From IMG/VR virus record IMGVR_UViG_3300028920_000022, positions 1 to 64,000 of that record: 64,000 nt of DNA; one strand, given 5' to 3'. Both the position numbers and the translations under genes were made by a program. The notes beneath the pieces are model-generated. The model did no database searches. It saw only the letters and a list, made by a program, of their open reading frames with translations, and had not been told where the DNA came from. Below are positions 17,405-27,500 of this stretch, piece after piece. The first letter of the stretch is position 1, and each line of letters starts with the position of its first letter.

Positions 17405-17901
17405 TCGATTATTTCCTTAATTATATTTTCTTTTTTGGCAATTTTGATTGATTTAGGAAGGTCAAATAGTCGACATTTAGTTAACATCAAAAAGAATTTT
17501 ACAGAGTTGGTGAAAATGGCACGATCTATTTCTTTTAAACCATGGTCCTGGATGTCTGGATATAAATCATCAGGATCAGCATCAGTATATACCACAAAAC
17601 CCCGATCTGTATTTTTTATTATTGCGCACCGCGATGAGTTAACTAACCGCACACCCTCTGCCATATATTCTCCGTTTAACCATATTTCTGAGTTCACTAT
17701 CTTAAACGGAGAAAAATACGAGTTATAACGACAAATGCCAGCACCACCTACTGGTATTTTATCCACAGTATAGATAAATTTTTCTATTTTACAACTGTTT
17801 TTCTGCCTACAATAAACATCTGGCGTTTCAAACAGCTTTCCTATTATAACAAAAATAGCAAAAACAACAGGAATGCCCAAACAGACCCAAACGTATATCA
17901 T
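17401..17901 (-). CDS. IIE-tail protein with N-terminal TM helix
   Basis: ends ENIIKEIIE. Confidence 0.7.
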   Translation of the reverse strand: MIYVWVCLGIPVVFAIFVIIGKLFETPDVYCRQKNSCKIEKFIYTVDKIPVGGAGICRYNSYFSPFKIVNSEIWLNGEYMAEGVRLVNSSRCAIIKNTDRGFVVYTDADPDDLYPDIQDHGLKEIDRAIFTNSVKFFLMLTKCRLFDLPKSIKIAKKENIIKEIIE

Positions 17902-18086
17902 TTGCTGCTGTATCCCTCTTTAGACCAACCACCACCTGAGAGAATAAAGCCTGTGCCACCAGAAATTAAGCGTTTTGCTGTTTCTTTTCCACACTTAGGA
18001 CACTTATCTAAAGGCTGATCTTTAATGCTTTGATCTGCCTCCCACTCGTGTTTGCAATTGGTACATAAATATTCATAGGTGGGCAT
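17898..18086 (-). CDS. FmdB-family zinc ribbon protein
   Basis: MPTYEYLCTNC..CPKCG..RLISGG.GF.L.G.GW. Confidence 0.9.
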   Translation of the reverse strand: MPTYEYLCTNCKHEWEADQSIKDQPLDKCPKCGKETAKRLISGGTGFILSGGGWSKEGYSSK

Positions 18087-18262
18087 GATTCAGATTCCCC
18101 TAATTGTTTCCTTTATAGCTTTATTTTGTTCTTCTGCAGATGTGTTTGTTTCTAATATTTCTTTAATTTCGTCAACCACAAATTTGAGTTGAAAATTGTT
18201 TTGTTCTGCAGCTTCTAGTTTTGCCAACAAACTAGCGTATTCTTCGTAATACATTGTGTGCC

Positions 18263-18502
18263 TCAGTCATTCCATAATTCTGGGATAGAATTAGACCAAC
18301 AGTCGTGTCCTGAAGCTTTCATCGCTTTACAAATTTCTTCTTGAACATTTTCGAATTCACGGAATACTTTTTTCCAGCGTTTATAGGTTTTATGATCGAT
18401 TTCTAATTGTCCATGCCAATCGTATTCCGCATCATAAACGAAATATATCGGAAAAGCTTCGGTGCCATGTATACTAATTTTGAGTTTCATTTTTCGCCTC
18501 AA
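18263..18502 (-). CDS. hypothetical protein
   Basis: coupled ORF. Confidence 0.6.
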   Translation of the reverse strand: MRRKMKLKISIHGTEAFPIYFVYDAEYDWHGQLEIDHKTYKRWKKVFREFENVQEEICKAMKASGHDCWSNSIPELWND

Positions 18503-19110
18503 ACAACTATATCCTCTATTATTTTTTCTTCACAAGTAAGCAGTTTATCTGGGCAAATTGCGGATTTAACCCGCATGTGATTTGCGGTGTAGAATTTACC
18601 TCTACCAATCATTCCACAATTTGAACATTTAAACATATTTGCGTCTCTATTGTTCTTCACTTTTTCCCAAATATGACCAAATATTTTCATTGGTTTTATT
18701 ATATTTGAAGAAGTAACCCATGTTATGGCACTAATCGACAGATCACTGGCAGAATCATAAATAACCATATCCAACATTTCTAAATTTTCAGGCTTTCTAA
18801 TTTCTGTATATGTTTTTGCTTTTTTAGCTTCTGGCTTTAATAACCTCACCCTGGTGTTTAAATTAAAATTAATATGTTGTGTTGATGGTCTTCTAAACCA
18901 GCGATGATATTCTTGATTTATTAATAATTCTTCGTGTTTATATTTTGAAAAATTTTCTTGTACTCGGTCATACAGCCCGCCTGCAACGTAAGGCACAATC
19001 ATCCAGCTGGGAACGCAAGAAAGATTATATACTAAATCTTCACTGGCGTTTTGGTTTATTTCTGTTGCGGTACCATGCGCTTGCACCGTACCAAACGATT
19101 GCATCGTCAT
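18499..19110 (-). CDS. ZnF-IIE module fused to a ~140-aa N-terminal domain
   Basis: FGH..CSNCG..TCEEKIIEDIVV. Confidence 0.75.
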   Translation of the reverse strand: MTMQSFGTVQAHGTATEINQNASEDLVYNLSCVPSWMIVPYVAGGLYDRVQENFSKYKHEELLINQEYHRWFRRPSTQHINFNLNTRVRLLKPEAKKAKTYTEIRKPENLEMLDMVIYDSASDLSISAITWVTSSNIIKPMKIFGHIWEKVKNNRDANMFKCSNCGMIGRGKFYTANHMRVKSAICPDKLLTCEEKIIEDIVV

Positions 19111-19379
19111 ACTATTACGTCCTGAATATAGAACTCATCTATAGTTAACATTAAAATGTTTTGGTTTTTATCATCCCATACGAATTTATCATCGGGAGAT
19201 CTGCGAATGGCTTTTTGTCCGCTTTTTTGGCAACGTATTAATTGTGGATATTCGGCATCTTTGTTTTCTATCCAACTATAGCTCTCTGCAGCTTTTATAG
19301 CGCGTTGAAGCTGCGATTCGGATAGGGCAACACCAGAACCATAGCTTTTTGCTTCCCCCAACCAAACCTGATAAGCCAC
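19107..19379 (-). CDS. degenerate ZnF-IIE protein
   Basis: CQKSG, ends DEFYIQDVIV. Confidence 0.65.
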   Translation of the reverse strand: MAYQVWLGEAKSYGSGVALSESQLQRAIKAAESYSWIENKDAEYPQLIRCQKSGQKAIRRSPDDKFVWDDKNQNILMLTIDEFYIQDVIV

Positions 19380-19600
19380 TACTTTTTGACCTCGAAAGAT
19401 TCTTGAAGTTTTTGTTGGGCGTAATTTAATTCGTTTTTGTCTAGTTGATAATCTTTTGTAATGTTAGTTTTTAATATATCGCTTATTAGCCGCTCTATTT
19501 CACACGCCCATCTGTGGTCTCTAGAGCCCGGAAAATATCCTTGACGCAAATTTCTTGCAATTTCTAACGCTTCTAAAAGATATGTTCGTCCACTGTCCAC
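19379..19600 (-). CDS. hypothetical protein
   Basis: ORF in operon. Confidence 0.55.
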   Translation of the reverse strand: MDSGRTYLLEALEIARNLRQGYFPGSRDHRWACEIERLISDILKTNITKDYQLDKNELNYAQQKLQESFEVKK

Positions 19601-19636
19601 GAATTACTACTAAAAATACAGCTAGCGCCTCGACGA

Positions 19637-19891
19637 TTATACGATAATATTTCTTATTACGATCTCTTTGCAAGTTAAACCCTCGTTATCTATAAGTTCG
19701 TAATATAAAGGGATAATGTGGGTTTTTCCCATATTAGCGTTTCCCAAGCAGTCTTTTGTTACCGGCATGCCTGTAGGAATATTACTTATTCCTATTGCTT
19801 GGCAATTTTTACATTTGAAATAGGTGGCAGACATAGTTTCCCACCGATAAACCCAATCATGAGTTTCCATAATTTCCATAGGCTGAATCAT
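19637..19891 (-). CDS. ZnF-IIE family protein
   Basis: THDW..CKNC..TCKEIVIRNIIV. Confidence 0.8.
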   Translation of the reverse strand: MIQPMEIMETHDWVYRWETMSATYFKCKNCQAIGISNIPTGMPVTKDCLGNANMGKTHIIPLYYELIDNEGLTCKEIVIRNIIV

Positions 19892-20328
19892 AACAGTCTC
19901 TGTTTCTTTAGTAACGGATCTCTTTCATCCCTAAACATAGGAGGAAGAATCATCACAGTTGTGGTTTTGGGCGCAACTTCAGTTTTTCCCGCATCGATAA
20001 CTACGATAGGATTATATATTTCCTTTAGCTTAAACCAATCTTTGTCGTGAGCCCCAAGAACCAGTTTGGTGAACCCTCCATTTTCCTCCATGTTTTCCCA
20101 AAGAGTAATTCGTTGAACCAAATTTGGTAAACCAGAACCACAAACAAGAGGATCCCAAAAAGCACCATTTTCGCAAAACTTCCTATATTCCAAATCTAGC
20201 AAATGTACAGCATGACCACATTGGGCTCCAACTTTCCCGATACCCATATTAAGATCTTTTCTGACAACCAGATATACTACCAAAGAATCTTCTGGGGTAG
20301 GATTGCGAGGTAAAGGTTGAGCGTCCAT
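19888..20328 (-). CDS. pth2: peptidyl-tRNA hydrolase, PTH2 type
   Basis: VVRKDLNMGIGKVGAQCGHA and VIDAGKTEV..T motifs. Confidence 0.9.
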   Translation of the reverse strand: MDAQPLPRNPTPEDSLVVYLVVRKDLNMGIGKVGAQCGHAVHLLDLEYRKFCENGAFWDPLVCGSGLPNLVQRITLWENMEENGGFTKLVLGAHDKDWFKLKEIYNPIVVIDAGKTEVAPKTTTVMILPPMFRDERDPLLKKQRLL

Positions 20329-21360
20329 CTAATATCTCGTCAGCGTATATTCACATTCAGGTTTGCTTCCTGCAAGAATAGCGTTTCCGCAGGTAATTCT
20401 TCCCAGGTCTTCCTCCAGAGAAGGAACAAATACCAACACATCAAAACCAGCTTTTTTCAAAGAATCTTCTGCTTGCTGGTAAGGATAAAATTGCTGATAA
20501 GCGTTTTCATCCCAGAATTTGTTCTGTACGCATGCATCGGTTTTGTGCATTGGAGTAATTTTACACATAAATTTATCCGGATCAAACAGTTTTGCCAGTT
20601 TAGTCCCACTAATTGCCGCATCAGTGAGAGCAAAGTTTAGAGCAATTTTACGTCCAACAACATCGGTAATGTTAGACATAATTTTGGAAATATCTTCCAA
20701 ACCCAAAGCAGACCCACCAAAATCTTCGAATCTTCTCTGCTCATCAGTAGTATTGATGGACAACTGTAGCCCAGCATTTCCTTCCATTAAATGGTTTTTA
20801 ATATCCATCCACTGGCAAATAAAAGCTTCGAGTCTTCTATTGTTTCGGGGCATCATGGTGGAAACAACGGGATGAAAACCCCAACCTCGTTTTTCTCTAA
20901 TTTCGTGTACCATATGTGGTGTAACTGATAATACATCATTATTGAAGGTGGGCTCACCCATTCTCGCAAAATGCAGGTTTAAACGATCTGTATGTTTTAC
21001 CTCGGGATGAATGGAAATAGCCGCGCGCATTTGGTTTAATAGATCGCCGTAGGTTGCATTATATCCTGGACCTACTTTGGGAACGTCGCAGAATTTACAT
21101 TTCATAGAGCACCCATATTGAGAAGAAATAGTAATCACCCATTTCTTTTCTAGTGGCATTAGCTTGCCATGAGGCACTCCGTTTATTTGATCTTTTAACC
21201 CCATAAAATCGGCTTTGACATTCTTTTCTTTACCATAATCGCCAAGAGAAAGACACTCCAGTTTTCTACCAGGATCAAAAAGAGATCTTTCGCCTTCAAC
21301 GATCAAGATGGTGCCGGTTGGAACAGCGATTTTTTCTTTGATTATAGAAAACATATTCAA
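20329..21360 (-). CDS. RlmN/Cfr-like radical SAM enzyme (putative RNA methyltransferase)
   Basis: ISSQYGCSMKCKFC, RMGEP, LQLSIN, C-terminal ITCG. Confidence 0.8.
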   Translation of the reverse strand: MNMFSIIKEKIAVPTGTILIVEGERSLFDPGRKLECLSLGDYGKEKNVKADFMGLKDQINGVPHGKLMPLEKKWVITISSQYGCSMKCKFCDVPKVGPGYNATYGDLLNQMRAAISIHPEVKHTDRLNLHFARMGEPTFNNDVLSVTPHMVHEIREKRGWGFHPVVSTMMPRNNRRLEAFICQWMDIKNHLMEGNAGLQLSINTTDEQRRFEDFGGSALGLEDISKIMSNITDVVGRKIALNFALTDAAISGTKLAKLFDPDKFMCKITPMHKTDACVQNKFWDENAYQQFYPYQQAEDSLKKAGFDVLVFVPSLEEDLGRITCGNAILAGSKPECEYTLTRY

Positions 21361-21476
21361 CCCTTATGTAGAGTGGGTAGGGTGTTCTCACAGCCCTCGC
21401 GATTGCCACCCCTCCGTGAAGGTTCCCGAGCGGCGAGGATTACTACACGAATACGAAGGTTTCCCACAGTGAGTCT

Positions 21477-22004
21477 TCAGTTAGGATCGTCCTCAATGAA
21501 AACGATTTTGGCGGCAACAATGTCTTTTCTAAGCTGGTCTCTCACAAACAGACAAATATAACTTCCATCGCCGTAGCCTGATGAACTAACCACACCACCA
21601 TCCATAATGCCGGCTCTACCACTATTTAGCGTTTTGTCGCACGCTTTTCCGTAGAACGTATTAAGATCCCCATATTCACCCTCGCCATTACCATACTTTG
21701 GATCGTCCCAAAACCCAGCTTGTCCCGAATCTACACCAACATCTATTCCTGAGTTTTCCCAACATTCGTTCAAAGCGTTAGGTAAACCATCTATGTCGGC
21801 ATGACGTATCTCAAGTTCAACAACTCTCTCATCATTAACGCGAATATAAGCTGTCCACTTGCCATTACGAACATCTTTCAAAGAACCAGCACACCAAGTA
21901 CCTCGGCTGTAACAAGGATCTGAAACAATAAGCGTTCCCGAAGTAATCTCGAACGTTCCTAGTTTATTGTCTACCATATCTTTCAAATGGGCTGTGTATA
22001 CCAT
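21477..22004 (-). CDS. DUF4241-like protein
   Basis: VSDPCY, GVDSGQAG, SGYGDGSY motifs. Confidence 0.75.
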   Translation of the reverse strand: MVYTAHLKDMVDNKLGTFEITSGTLIVSDPCYSRGTWCAGSLKDVRNGKWTAYIRVNDERVVELEIRHADIDGLPNALNECWENSGIDVGVDSGQAGFWDDPKYGNGEGEYGDLNTFYGKACDKTLNSGRAGIMDGGVVSSSGYGDGSYICLFVRDQLRKDIVAAKIVFIEDDPN

Positions 22005-22017
22005 ATGTTTTGTCTTT

Positions 22018-22239
22018 CTAGTTTATATCGTAAACACAAGGTTCCGGAATTTTAACTGGCTCTTTCTTTTCGTTTACACACTTTGCGTTACATGCTTGGC
22101 AAGTATACGTATGCATCAAGCCTTCATGCAACAATGTGCCCTGAAGTTTTACTAGGGGGTCTTTATCTATTACAGGACCGTTTGGTGTTTCAACCGTGTA
22201 AAGATACTCGGATCCAGTATATTTCCAAACGTGTGTCAT
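22018..22239 (-). CDS. small zinc-binding protein
   Basis: THVW..CQAC..PC. Confidence 0.6.
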   Translation of the reverse strand: MTHVWKYTGSEYLYTVETPNGPVIDKDPLVKLQGTLLHEGLMHTYTCQACNAKCVNEKKEPVKIPEPCVYDIN

Positions 22240-22673
22240 GATGGTACTATTTTCCAGCCCAAATATTCTAGGTGAGCATTCGTCAGAACTATATTTGCAT
22301 CGCTGGCTTCGAGTTCAGGAACCAACGTGTCAGAATATGTGGGCGTTTTCCAAGTCAAAATTTCCTCAGCTCTTCCCAAACGTAGCTTCATTCCATTATC
22401 TCTTAGGAGCCTCCCAACCTTTCTTAGAATGGCTCTCTTGGCACGATGACCTATATCTGGGTTTGATACAGAAACGCCGTCAGGTAAAATCCTAATATTA
22501 ATAACACCGGCTTCTGGACGGAATCCAAAAACCAGCCTAGCAGTGTTCTTAGTATAATTACAGGTTTCAGAAAATGCCAAATCTGCAGCTTCCCAAAAAT
22601 GACGGTTGAAAACTGCCTTGTTTAAACCATTTCTAATTCTTCGCCAACTGATTTTTTTCATGCCGAACCTCAT
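22236..22673 (-). CDS. hypothetical protein
   Basis: start corrected to MRFG, downstream of promoter. Confidence 0.6.
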   Translation of the reverse strand: MRFGMKKISWRRIRNGLNKAVFNRHFWEAADLAFSETCNYTKNTARLVFGFRPEAGVINIRILPDGVSVSNPDIGHRAKRAILRKVGRLLRDNGMKLRLGRAEEILTWKTPTYSDTLVPELEASDANIVLTNAHLEYLGWKIVPS

Positions 22674-22683
22674 TTTCAACAGT

Positions 22684-22712
22684 ATTTTATATGACACGCT
22701 GCGTCATGTCAA
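22684..22712 (-). promoter_or_regulatory. sigma70-like promoter
   Basis: TTGACA-17 nt-TAAAAT. Confidence 0.65.
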
Positions 22713-22720
22713 GAAAAAGC

Positions 22721-23464
22721 TCACTCTTCTTTTTGAATTAAGAATTTCCCAATATATTCGCGATCTTGGGAGAAGATAGGTATATCCCAATCTTGATCAA
22801 GTTCGGTTCTAAACGTATCATCAGAAAATTTAATTGTTTTTCTAACTACACACCAGCCTCGCTTTTGAAAGGTAGCGCATTGATTCCAATCAATATTCTT
22901 ATGGCGAAGAAGCATTTCTTTCATACGTTTTGTATTCTTTTTGTGAAGCTCTTTGTGGGAGAAGTGTTTTTGGGCAAGCCCAGATATAGAATTTCTGATG
23001 GCATCAATCTGTCTCCAGTAAAAATAATTAACCACATCTTCTCTAGGAATAGTGAAACTACGGGCATCAAATATTGCTTTTTTATTAGGACGTTCTCCTT
23101 GTGCTAGCATAGCATAATTGAAAGCAACCGTAGCAGTACTAGCACTTACGCTGCTCATTTTTTGAACATTTTTATCAAACCACGGAGAAGTATCAAACTT
23201 TTCATAATCGTTGATTAACACCGAAATTTCGTCAGATTGGCAGTAGGCAATTTTGCTACCTTGTATACTATCTAGCAAATCTCTTGCAGCAGAAGACATT
23301 GCTTCTATTATTCTTAGATCCCAGGGTTTATCACATCCGCGAGTATAGGAGTGGAAGCTCTTACCATCTACTCTAACTATAGTTGGCATTCTTGGGGTAA
23401 TATAGATACGAGAAACATTCTCGTATCGTTTCATACGGTTGCCTAAGTCGGAATGATCAGTCAT
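22721..23464 (-). CDS. thg1: tRNA(His) guanylyltransferase (Thg1-like)
   Basis: RMKRYE, RVDGKSFH, YCQSDEIS, FDAR, YFYWRQ.DA.RNS. Confidence 0.95.
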   Translation of the reverse strand: MTDHSDLGNRMKRYENVSRIYITPRMPTIVRVDGKSFHSYTRGCDKPWDLRIIEAMSSAARDLLDSIQGSKIAYCQSDEISVLINDYEKFDTSPWFDKNVQKMSSVSASTATVAFNYAMLAQGERPNKKAIFDARSFTIPREDVVNYFYWRQIDAIRNSISGLAQKHFSHKELHKKNTKRMKEMLLRHKNIDWNQCATFQKRGWCVVRKTIKFSDDTFRTELDQDWDIPIFSQDREYIGKFLIQKEE

Positions 23465-23946
23465 GCTGTTAGTAATTCTTTGGGTATATTTTTAGTTACT
23501 ATTTTTCGTATATATTGTCTATGTTTGTAATATTCCTCATTAGTTTGTTGACCATCTACTAATTCTCTCGTCCACTTTTCTCTAAGATCTAGCCACTCTA
23601 TATAATTATTAGCCTCTAATTTTGGTTCCCATTTATCGTCCACACCTTCGTCGCTACGAATTCCTTTCAAGGATATTCCAAGAGTGTTGGCTAACCAATA
23701 TTGCAAATAAGAAGAAAACTCGGAATGTCCTTGCAGAAAAGCAAGTTTTCTTTTGCTAAGAATAGAGATGTATAAACTGCCTATATGTTGTTTTGCTTCC
23801 AAACTAATTTCTATATATTTAGAATCATCACTAATATCTATACGACCATGTTTTCCGAATTTGTTCCTAACCAAATCGCTAATATAATTAGCAACAGTTT
23901 CTGGTTCTATATTACGCTTAAAAGTAATAAATGAGTGATTAGTCAT
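23461..23946 (-). CDS. hypothetical protein
   Basis: coupled ORF. Confidence 0.65.
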   Translation of the reverse strand: MTNHSFITFKRNIEPETVANYISDLVRNKFGKHGRIDISDDSKYIEISLEAKQHIGSLYISILSKRKLAFLQGHSEFSSYLQYWLANTLGISLKGIRSDEGVDDKWEPKLEANNYIEWLDLREKWTRELVDGQQTNEEYYKHRQYIRKIVTKNIPKELLTA

Positions 23947-24128
23947 CTTTGCTGTGACTCACTATTGCTGTTGTTATATTAGCACACCCTAGTAAAATTG
24001 ACAAGCATATCATAGCCCCAATAGCTCGAAATAAAAATTCGTCAGGAGATAAGTATATTGCTAAAGTCTCCGTTGGTACAACGAAAAGTAAAGTAATACC
24101 ATTGATGTGTATAATTTTTAGTTTGTGA

Positions 24129-24326
24129 TCAGTGTTTTTTGACACGTTTATACTCCGTAAGATAGTACGACAATGGACCAGCAACCAACATTCCAACGCA
24201 CATTCCTGCAAAGATTTTGCAGTAACCTACTGCGGTAGGCTCAACCCACGACAAAAACAAAATAAAAAGCAACATCAACCCTAATGCCACAAAAATAAAA
24301 TATAGGTTCATTTTGATATCTTTCAT
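24129..24326 (-). CDS. small two-TM membrane protein
   Basis: hydrophobic helices. Confidence 0.6.
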   Translation of the reverse strand: MKDIKMNLYFIFVALGLMLLFILFLSWVEPTAVGYCKIFAGMCVGMLVAGPLSYYLTEYKRVKKH

Positions 24327-24544
24327 TTTAGCCCCCTTAACATTCCAAGAACACGTTGCCTAGCCGCCAACTCATTTTCCCATCGCCTAACAATAGCCGT
24401 TTCTTTCTGTCTAAAATGAGGGTATAACTCTACCCGCTCGTTAGCAGCTTCTAACATGTTTTGGGCATGTTGAACCTGTTGCTCTAAACGTGTCTGTAGC
24501 TCTTTGACAATAAGAGTTACTTTGTTGTTGATCTTGTCAGTCAT
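24323..24544 (-). CDS. coiled-coil hypothetical protein
   Basis: start corrected to MTDK. Confidence 0.55.
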   Translation of the reverse strand: MTDKINNKVTLIVKELQTRLEQQVQHAQNMLEAANERVELYPHFRQKETAIVRRWENELAARQRVLGMLRGLK

Positions 24545-25460
24545 TGAAAAACCTATCCGCATAACAAAACTGAAAACCACACCTGGAAGCAAACGTTTCG
24601 TCCGCCTTCAGATCTCCCACCATTAAACATAACGCTGGGTTTAATTTATATTTGACGATAAAATATACTCCGATACCAGGCATCGGCTTTCTACTCCACG
24701 TTCTAATCGGTGGTACTCCAGAAGGATCGAATTTGTAATCAATATCATGACCCAGTAGTTTATTGGTATATTCAAACAACTCAGTAGCTTTTTCCAACGT
24801 CAGGTCTTTTTTAGCAACTCCGGATTGATTTGATGCCCCACACAAAATGAACCCATTATTTTTGAATTCGGTTAACTTTTCTGCGCGCTCCGGGAGTATT
24901 TTTATTTGACTTTTTTCGGTTGGAAACTTACCATTTCCCCCAACACAATCTCTCAATGTTCCATCGTAATCCAAGATTAGTGCTTTGTTTTTGAATGATG
25001 AATTCCAATTCCTTTTGAATGGCACCTTAACTATTGAATCAAAACCTTCTTCCGTAGTGGGTTTTTGAAATTCCTTACGATATTTGAAAATAACAGCAGG
25101 CGGAAAAATGCCCGGGTCATTAGATTGAGATTCTAATATTTGATTATATTTATTCATGGATCGCAAACAATAATTAACCTGAGAGTCTTCAATTGAGGTT
25201 TGCATCCAATGGCATTCTACATTAGCTTTGTATTTCTTGGCTAGGTCAATAAATGGTTTTCTAGACGTTTGAGTAGCAAATAGGTTGTCCAACACTATAT
25301 TTGAACCGTTTTTGAGTTGCCGTTCCATTTCTGGCAACAGGGAGTTTAATTTGCCGCCGACTGTATCTCTGTTCAAACGAAAATATCCCTCATTCAGAAA
25401 CTGTTCTGTGACGGTAGTTTTTCCTGAGGCGGGAAAACCCAAAACTAATATTACGTTCAC
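24537..25460 (-). CDS. polynucleotide 5'-kinase/3'-phosphatase (PNKP-like; P-loop plus HAD-IIIA)
   Basis: GFPASGKTT, LDYDGTLR, SNQSG, RKPMPG, MVGD..D. Confidence 0.9.
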   Translation of the reverse strand: MNVILVLGFPASGKTTVTEQFLNEGYFRLNRDTVGGKLNSLLPEMERQLKNGSNIVLDNLFATQTSRKPFIDLAKKYKANVECHWMQTSIEDSQVNYCLRSMNKYNQILESQSNDPGIFPPAVIFKYRKEFQKPTTEEGFDSIVKVPFKRNWNSSFKNKALILDYDGTLRDCVGGNGKFPTEKSQIKILPERAEKLTEFKNNGFILCGASNQSGVAKKDLTLEKATELFEYTNKLLGHDIDYKFDPSGVPPIRTWSRKPMPGIGVYFIVKYKLNPALCLMVGDLKADETFASRCGFQFCYADRFFND

Positions 25461-25729
25461 TTTTCTCTACACCTTAGCAACTGTCGTTCGTAACCTTCGA
25501 CCCACACCCAACCGTGCGGACATACAGATTGTATATAGTCTGTACAATTCACACCAACACCATAACACTCAAAAACCATAGCTGGTTGCCCATCTGCAGC
25601 CATGGTTTCCTCAACACTATGATGTGGATAACTTGCCCAAACACCAAAGCATATGATGCCTATAAGCGTTATACTGAAAAATGAAAAACACAGTAGTTCC
25701 TGGTAGTCCCTCATACATCCAATCTCCAA
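25457..25729 (-). CDS. small membrane-anchored Cys-containing protein
   Basis: TM helix plus C..C..CPHG. Confidence 0.55.
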   Translation of the reverse strand: MEIGCMRDYQELLCFSFFSITLIGIICFGVWASYPHHSVEETMAADGQPAMVFECYGVGVNCTDYIQSVCPHGWVWVEGYERQLLRCREK

Positions 25730-25776
25730 TCACCTTCCAGTAACGTTTTCCTTACCCAAATAGTGAGTGCGAATAA

Positions 25777-26442
25777 TTACTCTTGCACCCATGGGGACTG
25801 GTTTGTGTAGGGTTGGTTGCATTGTATACTCCTCTTGAATTGTTCCAACCTATCATAAAACCGCGGCTCCCACAAGTTCAAATAATCTTTTCCTTTTTGA
25901 GATGGATTATTGATTAATTCAAAATATATTTCGCCGCATTTTTGATAATCTAATATTTTTCCGTGCTTTGTAATTTGTGTGCCAAAATCTAAAACCCTCA
26001 TGGCATGAAATAATGATTTCTTTGCCTTCTCCAGACTGCCGGCAGTAAAACGCACCTCAGCTTTTTCAAAGTCTAATCTGGATTTTCTACATATGTTGTT
26101 CGCAAGTACGGTTTTGTTTGGAGTAAAACTAAAAACAGCCGTATTCAGTAGCAACAACTCTTCTGGTAAGAAAATACATTCCATTGCGGAGATAGAATGT
26201 TCCTTTAGTTTTTGAGAAAAAGATTGGGTATCGTACACTATGGCACTGAATTGCCTACCTAAGTATTCTCCCTTCAAATTTAGGCAATCTATTTCTATTG
26301 GTTTAATATATGTATTACCCACAACAATATAATCGTAGTCTGATTTGTGGGAGTTTGTACCATATACACGTGACCCAAACGGATATACATTGAGCACATC
26401 CGCATTATTGAGGTTCAGGGCTTTAATCAAATGACCATACAT
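25777..26442 (-). CDS. Pol-beta superfamily nucleotidyltransferase
   Basis: YPFGSRVYGT..SDYDYIVV; KKSLFHAMRVL. Confidence 0.85.
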   Translation of the reverse strand: MYGHLIKALNLNNADVLNVYPFGSRVYGTNSHKSDYDYIVVGNTYIKPIEIDCLNLKGEYLGRQFSAIVYDTQSFSQKLKEHSISAMECIFLPEELLLLNTAVFSFTPNKTVLANNICRKSRLDFEKAEVRFTAGSLEKAKKSLFHAMRVLDFGTQITKHGKILDYQKCGEIYFELINNPSQKGKDYLNLWEPRFYDRLEQFKRSIQCNQPYTNQSPWVQE

Positions 26443-26720
26443 TAATTTGTTTTTTGTCTTTGTCTAAGAGCGGAACGAAAAACGAAATCGTATACATCCA
26501 TATACTCTCGTGTTCCGCCGGAAACTACTCCTTCTATTTCAAAATCTCCCTCACCACTCTGCGCCCCAACTGTCACTGCGCATATCGCCAAACATTTCAT
26601 CATTTTTAAGGCGTCCTCTTCCTTTTCTAGATCTATAGAGAGTTTTTTCGCCGTACGTTTCAAACTTTTTAGCATTTCGTTTACGAGGTTTTCTTCCCAA
26701 ATCTGTTCTTGTTCTTTCAC
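26442..26720 (-). CDS. hypothetical protein
   Basis: coupled to nucleotidyltransferase gene. Confidence 0.55.
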   Translation of the reverse strand: MKEQEQIWEENLVNEMLKSLKRTAKKLSIDLEKEEDALKMMKCLAICAVTVGAQSGEGDFEIEGVVSGGTREYMDVYDFVFRSALRQRQKTN

Positions 26721-26916
26721 TAATAGAAACCTTTCTTTTTCTAATTTCCTTTTTAGCCATTTGCTCGCATATTAAACAAGCACGACATTCGTACTGTATT
26801 TCTTGTTTGTTTTTGTAAATCGTATGTTTGAATCGTATTACTGGGTGCCCGGCATGATCCGTGTCCCATTCTTCCGTTAAATTGTGTTCTTTGCAATCTG
26901 TTCCGGATATTTTCAT
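26551..26916 (-). CDS. hypothetical protein
   Basis: ATGA-coupled start; 3' part overlaps next ORF. Confidence 0.4.
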   Translation of the reverse strand: MKISGTDCKEHNLTEEWDTDHAGHPVIRFKHTIYKNKQEIQYECRACLICEQMAKKEIRKRKVSISERTRTDLGRKPRKRNAKKFETYGEKTLYRSRKGRGRLKNDEMFGDMRSDSWGAEW

Positions 26917-27500
26917 TTGGAAAGCACCACCACCATGTGACCATTAACCCAATCAAACGAAAATTTTCTTGCCCCGCATTCTTTACACATATCAATCATA
27001 TTTTGTTTACTAAAATAATGTAAATGATGGGGATTATTATCTGGTTTGGATGGTACCGAAATTATTGAATATTTTGTGGAAACCCTAACAATTTCTTGCA
27101 AAGCCTTTGTGGGGTTTTCTAGGTGCTCTATGACTTCCAGAGCAGTAACGACATCAAAAGAATCGTTGTGAAAAGGTATTGCGGAAATACTACCAAGAAC
27201 GAGAGAAATGTTAACCCCTCCGTTTTGTAGCTTGGATAAGATTTCAATTTTGCTAGGGTCGTTGTCCAAAACAGTGACTGATGTTTCTGGAAATTCCTCT
27301 AACAAAGGGTACAGGAAGCCACCGCGACCATAACCTATATCTAAGATAGAAGCCGGACACAAGCCTTTAATGATGCCGAGGCACTTTTTTACCCTGGGAA
27401 GTATATTTTTCCTTTTGAAGTCTAATAATATTTCTTTTCCGCCACCTTGTATAAAACAATTGGCAAAGCGCATATAATGTGTTTTGTCATTCAATGACAT
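26913..27500 (-). CDS. class I SAM-dependent methyltransferase
   Basis: ILDIGYGRG, SFDVVTALEVIEHL; start uncertain. Confidence 0.9.
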   Translation of the reverse strand: MSLNDKTHYMRFANCFIQGGGKEILLDFKRKNILPRVKKCLGIIKGLCPASILDIGYGRGGFLYPLLEEFPETSVTVLDNDPSKIEILSKLQNGGVNISLVLGSISAIPFHNDSFDVVTALEVIEHLENPTKALQEIVRVSTKYSIISVPSKPDNNPHHLHYFSKQNMIDMCKECGARKFSFDWVNGHMVVVLSK

